DNA of 40,887 nucleotides. Origin: Myxococcales bacterium. GTDB lineage: Bacteria > Myxococcota_A > Polyangia > Polyangiales > Polyangiaceae. Below are positions 8,291 through 17,450 of this stretch, in pieces. The notes below the pieces were generated by a model. It searched no databases. It had not been told where the DNA came from and saw only the letters and a list, made by a program, of their open reading frames with translations. Positions within the stretch are counted from its first letter, which is position 1. The number at the start of each line of letters is the position of its first letter. The stretch spans positions 1 through 40,887 of the forward strand of contig JANNWK010001141.1 of NCBI GenBank assembly GCA_031408355.1, given 5' to 3'. Position numbers and translations under genes: made by a program.

Positions 8291-10258
8291 TTAGCTGCTC
8301 ACGCCGGGCAGACGGGCAGAGTCCCCACGGGCGCTGGCTACGAGTTCGTGGAGCGTGCGGCGGAGCTCGGCGATGTCGAAGGGCTTCTCGAACTTGGCGT
8401 TCGGAACACCCTCGAGGAACTCAGCGACTCGTAACATCGACACCCCGCCCGTCATGAAGACGACCCGAGCAGCAAGCTGGGGGCGCTCCCGCTGAAGGAC
8501 TTCGAATAGCTCCATGCCCGTCATGCCGGGCATCATCAGATCGCACAGGACAGCGTCGTAGGCCAGCGTGGCGGGCAGCTCCAGCAGCTGAAGGGCTTCG
8601 GCCCCGCTCTCGGCCACCTCCAAATCGTGCTCGTTTTGGAGCAACATTTTCAGCGTACGCGCGACCGCCGCTTCATCATCCACGACGAGCACGCGTCCGC
8701 GGTGGCGCTTGTCGTTGCCGGGCACGGCTTGCGTCGGCGTGGCCGGGAGGATGGGCGACATGGTGGACGCGGGCAGCGTGACCGTGAACGTGGTGCCTCC
8801 GGAGGGCCTGGAGGTCACGGTGATTTCGCCGCCGTGGGTTTGGACGATACCGCGGCAAATCGGCAAGCCGAGCCCCGTCCCGACCCCAACGGGTTTCGTG
8901 GTGAAGAATGGGTCGAAGATGCGACCGACGAGCTCGGGCGAAATGCCGGGCCCGTTGTCCGACACCTCGACGATGACAGACTCGGCGTCGCTGCGCAGTG
9001 TGACGCGGATCAGGTTAGCGTCGCTGGTCGTGCCCTCCTCGAAGGCTTGCGCGGCGTTGATGAGTAGATTCATGAAGACCTGTTCCAAGCGACCGACGTT
9101 GCCGTCCACCGCCGGTACGGTCTGGTAGCGACGCTCGATGCGGGCGCGCGAGCGCAGCTCCTCCTGAGCGACATTGATGGCTGACTCAATGGCCGCTTCG
9201 ACGCTGATGGGCTGGCGCGCCGTCTCTTCACCGCGCGCGAACGTTCGTAGATCTCGGACAATGGAGGCTACACGCTCGGCCCCGTGGCAGGCGTCCTGCA
9301 CTCGTACGATCAAGGCGTCGACGCGGCTGGGATCTGCGGCAACCTTGGGCAACTCACGCTTGAGGTACTCTAGGTTGAGCAGCACATACGCCAGAGGATT
9401 GTTGATCTCGTGGGCCACGCCGGCCGAAAGCACGCCGAGCGCTGCCAGCCTGTCGGCGTCCAGTAGCTTGGATTGCATGCGCTTTCGATCGGTGACGTCG
9501 CGGGCGAAAGCCAGCACGGCGGGCGCGCCCTGGTACTGAATCGGGATCGACGAGATCTCGACCGTGTGCAGCTCGCCCTGCGGGTCGATCGAGCGGTACT
9601 CGGCGCGTTCGTCGAGCCCGCCCTTTTCGAGCAAGTGACGGATCCGCGTGGCTGCTCGCTCGCGATCCTCCGGATGCAGGAAGTCCGTGATCATTCGGCC
9701 GTTGGCCGCGGCCGCGTCGGGCAGCCCCAGCAGCTGCGCGGCGCGAGGATTCACGAAAATGAGCATGGGTCCGCGTAAGATGACGACGCCGTCGGGCGCG
9801 CCATCGACCAAGTCGCGAAAGCGCTTCTCCGACTCGCGCAGGGCCTGCGTTACCGCGAGACGCGCCGTAATGTCCGTCAGGAAGGTGGCCGTGACGGGGC
9901 GACCTTCGAGGATGGCACGGCCGTGGGCCAGCTCGACCGGAACGCGGGTCCCGGAGCTGTGTAGGACCACCGTATCGGTCGTCGTCGGGGCGACCTCGCC
10001 GGCTGCTTGTCGCCGGGCGATCTCCTGCAGACGCGGTAGCTCGTCTGGCGCAATCATGGACCAGACCTCACGGCTCAGCAGCTCTTGCGGATCGTAGCCG
10101 AGGATCTCGCTCAAGCGTGCGTTGACGAACAGGTTTCTGGGCGCGCCGCCTGAGAGATCCGTGATGGCCAGTCCGATGCCAGCCCCCTCGGCGGCGGCTC
10201 GGATGGCGTCGAACAGCGCTGCGCGCTCATTCACATCCAGATCTGGAGGCGACGACAT
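8291..10258 (-). CDS. Cytoplasmic hybrid sensor histidine kinase (PAS-PAS-HisKA-HATPase-REC)
   Basis: Two PAS domains ending TDIT and RDVT; H-box AHEINNPL; N-box QVFMNLLINA; G-boxes DNGPGI, FFTTK, GTGLGL; receiver VLVVDDE...CDLMMP...KPF. No TM segment seen. Start uncertain (10258 chosen). Confidence 0.93.
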   Translation of the reverse strand: MSSPPDLDVNERAALFDAIRAAAEGAGIGLAITDLSGGAPRNLFVNARLSEILGYDPQELLSREVWSMIAPDELPRLQEIARRQAAGEVAPTTTDTVVLHSSGTRVPVELAHGRAILEGRPVTATFLTDITARLAVTQALRESEKRFRDLVDGAPDGVVILRGPMLIFVNPRAAQLLGLPDAAAANGRMITDFLHPEDRERAATRIRHLLEKGGLDERAEYRSIDPQGELHTVEISSIPIQYQGAPAVLAFARDVTDRKRMQSKLLDADRLAALGVLSAGVAHEINNPLAYVLLNLEYLKRELPKVAADPSRVDALIVRVQDACHGAERVASIVRDLRTFARGEETARQPISVEAAIESAINVAQEELRSRARIERRYQTVPAVDGNVGRLEQVFMNLLINAAQAFEEGTTSDANLIRVTLRSDAESVIVEVSDNGPGISPELVGRIFDPFFTTKPVGVGTGLGLPICRGIVQTHGGEITVTSRPSGGTTFTVTLPASTMSPILPATPTQAVPGNDKRHRGRVLVVDDEAAVARTLKMLLQNEHDLEVAESGAEALQLLELPATLAYDAVLCDLMMPGMTGMELFEVLQRERPQLAARVVFMTGGVSMLRVAEFLEGVPNAKFEKPFDIAELRRTLHELVASARGDSARLPGVSS

Positions 10259-10379
10259 TGCCCGTAGCATAGCCGGTTTGGCGTTCCCGAGGTGGTCTGG
10301 GCGGGGGCCGGGCCTTCTGGCTTCCGACTCGGGTCGGAAAGTTGGCCGTGCGCCGGTGTGTGTGGAAATGGAGTTGAGC

Positions 10380-11084
10380 ATGACCCCGAAGAAAGCCTCA
10401 ATCGCTAGCTGCGCCGTCTACCTGTGCCTCGGCCCCCTGCTGGCAGGTTGCGGCCTGTTCGAGCAGCGCGAGCCCGAAACGGCGGCCGCCGCGACTGCCA
10501 AGTCGGGCCGGGTCAAGAGTCCAGCTCGCAGCGCCAAGGCCGGCGTGGCCACGCCGCTTCGGCAGGTGGGCGAGTTGTTCGTCTATCGCTTTTCGGGCAG
10601 CTTCGCGCCTGTGCCGCTCACGCTCACTGAAGAGGTCGTCGCCAAGGAAGCCAGCGCATGGGTCGTTGATTTCGCATTGGCGGAGGCCGCGCAGGTCGAA
10701 CGCCTGCGCGTTCGCTTCGATATCGCCACGGGGGAGCCGCTTTCCGTAGCCCGTCTGGAAGGAAAGCGTGAAACGCCCGCCAAGCTCGGCGACTACGAGG
10801 CGCTCATGGCGCGCACCATCTGCGCCGCCGACGTCAACGATGGCCTAGTTGCGGCGGAGAACGCTACGTGTCTCGTCGGTACCGATGAGCTCGACTGCGA
10901 AACCAAGACGTACAAGGTTTGGGTCGGGGAGGCTGAGGCCAAGCTCTCGGTGGCTCACGCCGCGCGCTTCCCGGATCGCGATGTGTCTGGTGAAATGACC
11001 AGCCACGATGGCAAGCTCATCTACCGAGCAGAGCTGGTTGAGGCTACGCGCGCCACGCCCGCTTCAGGCGTCGCGCTCCGCTAG
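10380..11084 (+). CDS. Hypothetical lipoprotein
   Basis: MTPKK...LLAGC lipobox followed by a beta-strand-rich domain. Confidence 0.72.
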   Translation: MTPKKASIASCAVYLCLGPLLAGCGLFEQREPETAAAATAKSGRVKSPARSAKAGVATPLRQVGELFVYRFSGSFAPVPLTLTEEVVAKEASAWVVDFALAEAAQVERLRVRFDIATGEPLSVARLEGKRETPAKLGDYEALMARTICAADVNDGLVAAENATCLVGTDELDCETKTYKVWVGEAEAKLSVAHAARFPDRDVSGEMTSHDGKLIYRAELVEATRATPASGVALR

Positions 11085-11101
11085 CTGAAGCTGCGGGCCG
11101 G

Positions 11102-12100
11102 CTACTTGAGGAAGCTGAGCCAGTCGAGGCGGTTTTCGTCTTTTCCGGTCACTGCACGCAGGTAGGCACGTCGAAATAGCGCCCCCAAGGTGTTCTTGCC
11201 GGTGACGAACTCGGCGCCGTCCAGTTCGCGGACCGGGGTCACCTCGGCGGCTGTGCCAGTCATGAAGATCTCGTCGGCTCGCAGCAGATCTTCCCGGGTA
11301 AAGGCGCGGATCCGGATCGGGACCTGCCTTTCCGTCGCGATAGCCAGGATGCAGTCGCGCGTGATACCCGGGACGATCGAGGAGCTCACGTCGTTCGTGT
11401 ACAGCGTGCCGTTCTTGACGAAGAACACGTTCTGACCCGTCGCGCTGGCGACCGTCCCGTCCTGGTTCAGCAGGATCGCGTCGTCGTAGCCGCGGTCCAT
11501 CGCCTCATGCGCTGCCAACACGCTATTGGCATAGTGCCCGCTTGCCTTGGCCATGGTTGGCAGCATGGTGTGGTGGAACTTGCGCCAGCTCGAGATGGTC
11601 ACGCGAATGCCGTTCCGCAGCGCGTCTTCGCCCAGGAAGGTTCCTAGCTCTCGTACGGCGATGAAGACTCGGACCGGACACTCCTTCTTGGGCCGCAGGT
11701 CGATAGGCCCGGCGCCGAAATAGGCTAACGGGCGCAGGTAGCCGTTCTGCATGCCGTTGCGGCGGGTCACCTCGAGCGCTCCGCGCGCCAGCTCCTCAGG
11801 TCCGAAAGGGAGCTTCATGCCATACAAGCGCGCCGACGAAATCAAGCGCTCCACGTGATCATTCAGGCGTACGAGCGCTCCGCCGCGGTCGGTCGGATAG
11901 CAACGAATACCCTCGAATACGGCGGTGCCGTAGTGAAGCGCGTTCGCATAGTAGTGAACGTTGAGGGAGTCGGCCTCGCGTACCTCGCCGTCCCACCACA
12001 CGTAGCGAGCCAGGCGTTGCCCGACCGGTCGCCCCGAGATCAGCGCGTCATCCTCCGGTACCCCGTCGAAGTTGGGCCATTCCTTGTCGAGCGACGTCAT
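11102..12100 (-). CDS. ilvE: Branched-chain amino acid aminotransferase-like enzyme (PLP fold type IV)
   Basis: LHYGTAVFEGIR, HVERL, YLRP, AKASGHY (PLP Lys), PGITR, ADEIFMTGTAAEVTPV. See the finding on the Glu-to-Ser substitution. Confidence 0.88.
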   Translation of the reverse strand: MTSLDKEWPNFDGVPEDDALISGRPVGQRLARYVWWDGEVREADSLNVHYYANALHYGTAVFEGIRCYPTDRGGALVRLNDHVERLISSARLYGMKLPFGPEELARGALEVTRRNGMQNGYLRPLAYFGAGPIDLRPKKECPVRVFIAVRELGTFLGEDALRNGIRVTISSWRKFHHTMLPTMAKASGHYANSVLAAHEAMDRGYDDAILLNQDGTVASATGQNVFFVKNGTLYTNDVSSSIVPGITRDCILAIATERQVPIRIRAFTREDLLRADEIFMTGTAAEVTPVRELDGAEFVTGKNTLGALFRRAYLRAVTGKDENRLDWLSFLK

Positions 12101-12143
12101 GCGGTGTCTCCGGCGCCGAGCGTATCACCATATACTCGCGGCC

Positions 12144-13301
12144 GTGTTCTCCTCTCGCTCCGCTCACAGCCGTGAACCGAATCGCATCGCGTTGCAGCTG
12201 GCTGCCGCGGCCCTCCCGCCCCGTTTCGACTTGACGGGGAGTAATCCGACGCGTGTTGGCCTTGCCTACCCGGAGGCCCTGCTGCGGGTTTTGCAGCACG
12301 AGAGCGCCCGCGCTTCTGCGTATCGGCCGGAGGCCTTGGGCGAGCTTGGCGCGCGGCGAGCCGTAATCGAGCACGTTGGGGCCGCTCGCGGGCTGTCGCC
12401 TGAGGACGTGCTGCTTACCGCCAGCACCAGCGAGGCCTACTCGTACCTGTTCAAGTTGCTCTGCGATCCGGGTGACGCCGTGCTCGTGCCGGCCCCGAGC
12501 TATCCGCTCTTCGAACATCTCGCTGAGCTGGAGGGTGTGCGCGCCGTTCCCTACCGATTGGCTTACGATGGGGCGTGGCACATCGACCAGGAATCATTGC
12601 GACGTGCCGTGCTGCCTGACGTGCGCGCCGTGATCGCGGTGTCACCGAACAATCCGACTGGCCAGTACCTCAAGCCCGACGAGCTGCGGGCTCTCCACAG
12701 CCTCGGGCTGCCCATCATCAGCGACGAGGTCTTCGCCGAGTATCCACTGCAGTCAGCCAGCCCGCCGTTCGCGAGCGCGCTGGGAGCCGGCGACGCGCTG
12801 GTCTTTGCGCTTGGCGGCCTCAGCAAGTTGGCTGGGCTGCCTCAGCTCAAGCTCGCCTGGACCTTGATGGGCGGCCCTGTCGCCCAGCGCCGCGAGGCGC
12901 GTGAACGGCTCGAGCTCATCGCCGACACGTTCCTTTCTGTCGGCGGACCCGTGCAGGCCGCGCTGCCAGCCATCTTGGCGCAACGGTCCGAGGGCACGGC
13001 GGCGATCGCCGGTCGTTGCCGTGAGAATCTGCGGTGGCTCGAGCAGGCCATCCAGACGGCACCGCTCAGTTTGCTACGGGCAGAAGGGGGCTGGAGCGCC
13101 GTGCTCCGTCTGCCCAGGCTGCAGACCGAGGAAGAGCTGGTACTCGGTCTGCTCACCCAACAGTCGGTGTTGGTGCAACCTGGTTGGTTCTACGACTTCG
13201 AGACCGAGCCGTTCGTCGTCGTCAGTCTGTTGACCGAGCCGTCGAGCATTTGCGAGGGCATCGCGCGGCTGATTCGTCACGTCGCGCAGATTAGCCAATG
13301 A
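12144..13301 (+). CDS. PLP-dependent aminotransferase class I/II
   Basis: TASTSEA, PAPSYPLF, SPNNPTG, ISDEVF, GGLSK (PLP Lys). GTG start at 12144 inferred. Confidence 0.9.
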   Translation: MFSSRSAHSREPNRIALQLAAAALPPRFDLTGSNPTRVGLAYPEALLRVLQHESARASAYRPEALGELGARRAVIEHVGAARGLSPEDVLLTASTSEAYSYLFKLLCDPGDAVLVPAPSYPLFEHLAELEGVRAVPYRLAYDGAWHIDQESLRRAVLPDVRAVIAVSPNNPTGQYLKPDELRALHSLGLPIISDEVFAEYPLQSASPPFASALGAGDALVFALGGLSKLAGLPQLKLAWTLMGGPVAQRREARERLELIADTFLSVGGPVQAALPAILAQRSEGTAAIAGRCRENLRWLEQAIQTAPLSLLRAEGGWSAVLRLPRLQTEEELVLGLLTQQSVLVQPGWFYDFETEPFVVVSLLTEPSSICEGIARLIRHVAQISQ

Positions 13302-13318
13302 GGTGACTGGGCGGTCCC

Positions 13319-14149
13319 TCAGCTGTTCGTCCTGCGGCGTCGAAGCAGCGCGCCCAGGCCGAGCAGCAGAGCCAATCCGCCCCCCGCTGAATCTCGCGGT
13401 TCCCCGGCCGCGCGGCAGCCGCAGCCGCCAGGCTTCTGCTCGATGGCGGGCGGACCCTCCGCGGCCGGACCCTCCGCGTCGTCTGCGTCGTCGGCCGGTG
13501 GCTTCTCGTTCGCGGGGACGTCAGCGTCGGCCGCGGTGGCGGAGTCAGAGGCTTCGGCGCCGTCGGGCGGCTTTTCTTCCGTCTTCTCTTCCTTCTTCTT
13601 CTTCTCCTTGGAAGCGAAGACCATGGCGCGTCGATCGATGGTCTCGTTCTCGCCATCGAACTTCAGCGTCTGGGGGGCGCCGACGATCTGCCCGTTGCGG
13701 GTGTCGCGGATGGTCACCTTGTACTCACCGGCTTCGTAGCCGTGAGCGCGCGTGACCTTGAAGCTGAAACGCGTGCGCGGCTCGATCTTCCCCGAGCCGC
13801 TGTCCAGGAAGCCGACCTCCACGCTCTCGATCAGGGATTGGCGGTCGTTCAGCGGGACGACATGCTCCACTAGTTTGTCGCCGTCCGTCATGTCCCGCGC
13901 GTAGTAGGCGATCGGCTGGAACTCGAACTTCATCGGCACGTGGGCGACGTCCGGCGCCTTTGGCATGAATATCGCCACCTCCACGCGCCACGACTTATCT
14001 TCGCGCTCCTTGAGCGCCTTGGTCTTCCACTCGACGCGACCAGCGGCCAACGCCGAACCCGTTGACGACAGGATGAGCAGAAGCGGGCAGAGCAACAGCA
14101 GAATACGGCGCGAAGCCTTGGACACACGCTTCAAGATCGAGACCTCCAT
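13319..14149 (-). CDS. Secreted protein with MYXO-CTERM C-terminal sorting signal
   Basis: Signal peptide (SALA), K/E/D-rich linker, C-terminal GGCGC...LALLLGLGALLRRRR. Confidence 0.85.
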   Translation of the reverse strand: MEVSILKRVSKASRRILLLLCPLLLILSSTGSALAAGRVEWKTKALKEREDKSWRVEVAIFMPKAPDVAHVPMKFEFQPIAYYARDMTDGDKLVEHVVPLNDRQSLIESVEVGFLDSGSGKIEPRTRFSFKVTRAHGYEAGEYKVTIRDTRNGQIVGAPQTLKFDGENETIDRRAMVFASKEKKKKEEKTEEKPPDGAEASDSATAADADVPANEKPPADDADDAEGPAAEGPPAIEQKPGGCGCRAAGEPRDSAGGGLALLLGLGALLRRRRTNS

Positions 14150-14234
14150 GAGAGGCCGCGAAAGCTAGTGTGCGGGGCTCGAAGTAACAATCCCTAGTTC
14201 CCTAGCTCGGGCCGCGGCGGTGCTCGCTCCGAGC

Positions 14235-14495
14235 TCAATGCGAGGGGAGCGGAGGCAGCAGCTCGTCATCGAGCCACGGCGGAGCTGGAATCGTATCGTG
14301 AGCCTCGAACTCGTCGTCCTCTTCGAGTCCCGGCAAGGTCGAAAGCGACTCGCGTTCGGAGGGTACGCGGCGCTCTGACACCCTGGTTCGGTCGGAAGCC
14401 GGGGCCGGCGGGTCAGTGCCTTCCGACGAGCGGGGCGACGAACCCTGCGATCCGATGGGCGTCTGGGTTGCTACAGCGTGGCGGACGGATCCCAT
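14235..14495 (-). CDS. Small acidic, Pro/Ser-rich hypothetical protein (86 aa)
   Basis: GGGAG RBS 6 nt before the ATG. Fills an otherwise empty gap. Ends EEDDEFEAHDTIPAPPWLDDE... Confidence 0.6.
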   Translation of the reverse strand: MGSVRHAVATQTPIGSQGSSPRSSEGTDPPAPASDRTRVSERRVPSERESLSTLPGLEEDDEFEAHDTIPAPPWLDDELLPPLPSH

Positions 14496-14708
14496 AGGCG
14501 GCTCCCTTGCTCGAGTGTTTGGATCGGTGGAGGCCGATCCCCCTTCGCGACGCGCCCTTATCTCAAATGGTCGGCCGCTCCGCCAATGAAATTTGTCCTG
14601 CCTTTCCCCACATTTCGACAGCCAACCCAGAATGTTCTCTTATCCCGAGCGGTTACGGCGTGAGCTTGGTGCAGTGAATTACCCCCCGGTCATGGGCCTC
14701 AAGTCCAG

Positions 14709-15347
14709 TCATGCATAGGGGCCGCGATGCGCGCAAACCACGACCGGAGCCATCACAGGGGTGCGGTTTGCACAGCCCTCGCGGCCCAGTAGCGTCGGCT
14801 CAAGCGTGGGCAGCGGGCGACGTCCCTCCAATTGGGTCGAGAGTGGCATGATGAGCGCACGCCCCGCCCGGAGGTCGCCCAGACTCAAGGTTGCACCCGC
14901 GGACACGCCCAAGATCGCGATGTTGGCCTCAGCGGTCTCGAGCTGCGTGACTTGAAAACCGAACGGAGTCGCTTCGCGGGCTGCCTGCGCGGGCCTAGAC
15001 CGCAAGATCCGCACGCCGCCCGAATCCGCCTGGCCAGCCAGCGCCTGGGGCTTAGCGATCCCGAGCTCAATTTCCAGGATGGCGGGGTAGGCGGCAAACA
15101 GCCAGCCGGCGCACTCCTCCGCGGCGACCTCGAGCAATGTATAGCGCCGGAATTTGAGCAGTGCGATGAGCTCGCCCGAAACGCGCGCGTAGTCGACCGT
15201 GTGGGCGATACGCCCGCTCTTGCCGGCGCGTTCCAGGTCCAGCCCCAGCTTCAGATCGAGGCATACCCGCTGCTCGACTCGGCGCTCACGGGCTCGGATC
15301 CCGATGATGCAGCGGCAGGAGAGCCCACGAATTTCTACGCTGTCCAT
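14709..15347 (-). CDS. folB: Dihydroneopterin aldolase with ~90-aa C-terminal extension
   Basis: IIGIRARER..EQ, TVDYA, LLEVAAE, KPQA motifs of FolB. Confidence 0.87.
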   Translation of the reverse strand: MDSVEIRGLSCRCIIGIRARERRVEQRVCLDLKLGLDLERAGKSGRIAHTVDYARVSGELIALLKFRRYTLLEVAAEECAGWLFAAYPAILEIELGIAKPQALAGQADSGGVRILRSRPAQAAREATPFGFQVTQLETAEANIAILGVSAGATLSLGDLRAGRALIMPLSTQLEGRRPLPTLEPTLLGREGCANRTPVMAPVVVCAHRGPYA

Positions 15348-15465
15348 GTCGGCTTGGCGCGTACCCTGCCACGAAATGGCGGCGAAGACGGCGAAGACGG
15401 CGGGTTAGCGGGCACGTCCCTGCCTGATCGCGTAGGCTAGGGCTCAGGATAGGGCCGCGTCGACA

Positions 15466-16260
15466 ATGACTTCCAGATGGACCAAGGCTTGGGGCCGCGT
15501 CGTTCTCCTGCTCGCCATCGCTGCGCTGGTCGTGGCCGGCTGTGGTGGTCGTACCGACACCTCTTTCTCTGACGATGGGTTGGGGCCTGACGCGGGCCGC
15601 AGCGGTGACTCGAGCGGTGGGCGGGCCAATGGCGGATCGGTCGCGACCGGGGGCCGTCCCGGCAAGGGCGGCTCGGGCCGAGGCGGCGCCCCGGTCGGCG
15701 GATTCTCGACGGGCGGGGCTTCGTTTGGGGGAGTTCCGGCTGGCGGCCGGCCCTCCTTCGGCGGTTACGCCGGCACGGGCTTCGGCGGCTACGCAGGCTT
15801 CGGCGGTTACGCCGGTACGGGTTTCGGCGGTTACGCGTCGGGCGGCTACGCGGGCGCCGGAAGCGGCGCTTGCTGCCAGGCGCGGGCAACGCCGTCTTGC
15901 GAGCGGCCCGACGTCGCCCAGTGTGTGTGCGCCCAGGATCCCTACTGCTGCGCCACGCAATGGGACGATACGTGCGTCAGCGAAGTGGAGCAGTTCGGTT
16001 GTGGGCAGTGTCGGCGCCGCGATTGCCAGAGCTGCCTCTCTCAACAATGTGGCGGACAACTCGCCATGTGCTTTACCGACTTTCGTTGCCTCTCAATCTT
16101 CCAGTGCATGGAGAACGCAGGGTGCGATGCGTTCGACTGCTACAGCAAGCAGACCTGCAAGCAGGTCATTGATAAGAGCGGCGGTCTGCAGGGCAAACCG
16201 ATGAGCACACTGCTTGAGGCCTATTCATGCGCGATCCTGTCCGGATGCCCGTGTAACTAG
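15466..16260 (+). CDS. Cys-rich lipoprotein with Gly-rich repeat linker
   Basis: VVAGC lipobox, FGGYAG repeats, CVCAQDPYCC...WD..C module, 22 Cys in the C-terminal part. Confidence 0.82.
   Translation: MTSRWTKAWGRVVLLLAIAALVVAGCGGRTDTSFSDDGLGPDAGRSGDSSGGRANGGSVATGGRPGKGGSGRGGAPVGGFSTGGASFGGVPAGGRPSFGGYAGTGFGGYAGFGGYAGTGFGGYASGGYAGAGSGACCQARATPSCERPDVAQCVCAQDPYCCATQWDDTCVSEVEQFGCGQCRRRDCQSCLSQQCGGQLAMCFTDFRCLSIFQCMENAGCDAFDCYSKQTCKQVIDKSGGLQGKPMSTLLEAYSCAILSGCPCN
15757..15855 (+). repeat. Intragenic imperfect tandem repeat encoding FGGYAG(TG)
   Basis: TTCGGCGG(T/C)TACGC at 15757, 15781, 15799 and 15823, plus a degenerate fifth unit. Units are 18 or 24 nt, always in frame. Confidence 0.8.
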
Positions 16261-16297
16261 GGTGAGCGGGCGCTCGGCTTCGAAGGCCAGCCCGCCT

Positions 16298-16732
16298 TCA
16301 GTGCACGACGCTGGGTCGCGCTTCGACGTGGGCGACGGTGAGCGGCCAGTGCAAGGCGTCGCGCGTGTAGGTTTCGGTGCCAGGCTGTTTGACGTCGACG
16401 CAGAGCTGGTAGGTCCCGGGGAAGATCGGCGCCGGCAACCCAAGCGAACGCGTCCGGTAGCGTGGGGTCGAAGAGCGATGCTGGGTGGTGTCGGTCAGGA
16501 GTTCAAGCCCGGTTGGCGCGACCAACGCGAAGCGCACGTCGAAGCTGCGTTGCAGTTCGCTCGGGTCGCACACGAAGTAGGCGTGAACTTCAAGTGGCAG
16601 GAAGGCGCCCGGTGGGGGCTGCGCCCCATCCGGCAGATTCACCTGCTCAACCAGGTTGAAGAGCGTCACATTGTTCGAGTGCTGGTCCAGGCTGGACCCG
16701 CCGCACAACGCCAGGAAGTAGCACTTGGGCAT
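16298..16732 (-). CDS. Hypothetical protein, DUF6941-like
   Basis: FLALC...LD..SNNVTLFNL...FALVAPTG...FPGTYQL pattern; family assignment is from memory. AGGAAG RBS. Confidence 0.6.
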   Translation of the reverse strand: MPKCYFLALCGGSSLDQHSNNVTLFNLVEQVNLPDGAQPPPGAFLPLEVHAYFVCDPSELQRSFDVRFALVAPTGLELLTDTTQHRSSTPRYRTRSLGLPAPIFPGTYQLCVDVKQPGTETYTRDALHWPLTVAHVEARPSVVH

Positions 16733-16750
16733 GTCGCAGGCTTCCTAGCA

Positions 16751-17434
16751 CTACTTCAGTAGCGAGCCGCCAGCGGCGCGAATGACGGCGCTGGCGCCGA
16801 TCGAAAACAGTACAAGCGCGGCCGCGGCGCAGAAACGGGCGGAGCCGTGGCGGCGAGCGCTCGTGTGCAGCACGCCCTCGGCCAGAAGCGCTCGGTGCAC
16901 GCCGATACCCGCGTGCACCAAGGTCGCCAGGAGGCCCAGCAAGTAGCCGCCAGCCAGCACCGGAAAGCCCGAGCGGGTGCTGGAAAGCGCGGCGACGAGC
17001 CGAAAGCCGGCATCCCTAGGATCTACCTGTCCGAACCAGGCCGGCACCGCGTACTCCTGCGCGTGGTAGAGCACGAAACCGAGCGCTGGCACGCTAGCCA
17101 GACGCGACAAGTCGCGCAGGAACGCCGGCGGGTCGAAGGTCAGCAAGGTCAGCTTGCGACCGGTCACGAGGAACCACAAGCCCAGGGCGGCGTGCAGCAG
17201 TAGCGGCAGCCAGACGAGGCACACCATGGTGATGGTGCTGAGCACGCTGGGCGCCGGCCGTACCAGCTCCGCCACGTCGGAAGCTCCCGCCAGGACCGCT
17301 TCGCGGCCTAGGTGCAAGGCCAGGAACACCGGCAGCGGCAGAGCGCCGGAGAGCGCAAGCCAACGCTCGACGGCGGGACGCGGTCGTGTCACGGGTTCTG
17401 TGGTCGAGGCTTGGGTCTCGTCGGTCACCTGCAT
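16751..17434 (-). CDS. Succinate dehydrogenase cytochrome b558 (Bacillus SdhC type)-like membrane protein, orphan
   Basis: Five hydrophobic helices with His in FLALHL, LLLHAALG, FVLYHA, TLVHAGIG; SGxxP motif in helix 1. Start is 17434 or 17452. Confidence 0.72.
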   Translation of the reverse strand: MQVTDETQASTTEPVTRPRPAVERWLALSGALPLPVFLALHLGREAVLAGASDVAELVRPAPSVLSTITMVCLVWLPLLLHAALGLWFLVTGRKLTLLTFDPPAFLRDLSRLASVPALGFVLYHAQEYAVPAWFGQVDPRDAGFRLVAALSSTRSGFPVLAGGYLLGLLATLVHAGIGVHRALLAEGVLHTSARRHGSARFCAAAALVLFSIGASAVIRAAGGSLLK

Positions 17435-17450
17435 GGTTCGCGTTCCCGCC

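Noticed and set aside
7361-8434. 357-aa alternative-frame ORF, and many similar Arg/Ala/Gly-rich ORFs across the window
   Set aside because: Expected from stop-codon scarcity at high GC; they have no motifs and overlap well-supported genes.
10122-10381. Apparent 260-nt overlap of the kinase and lipoprotein ORFs
   Set aside because: Artefact of longest-ORF starts; starts at 10258 and 10380 remove the overlap.
15348-15465. THF riboswitch before folB; GGCGAAGAC tandem duplication
   Set aside because: No riboswitch consensus seen, and a 9-nt doublet is unremarkable at this GC content.
15757-15855. Short direct repeats considered as a CRISPR array
   Set aside because: In-frame coding repeats with no spacers and no cas genes.
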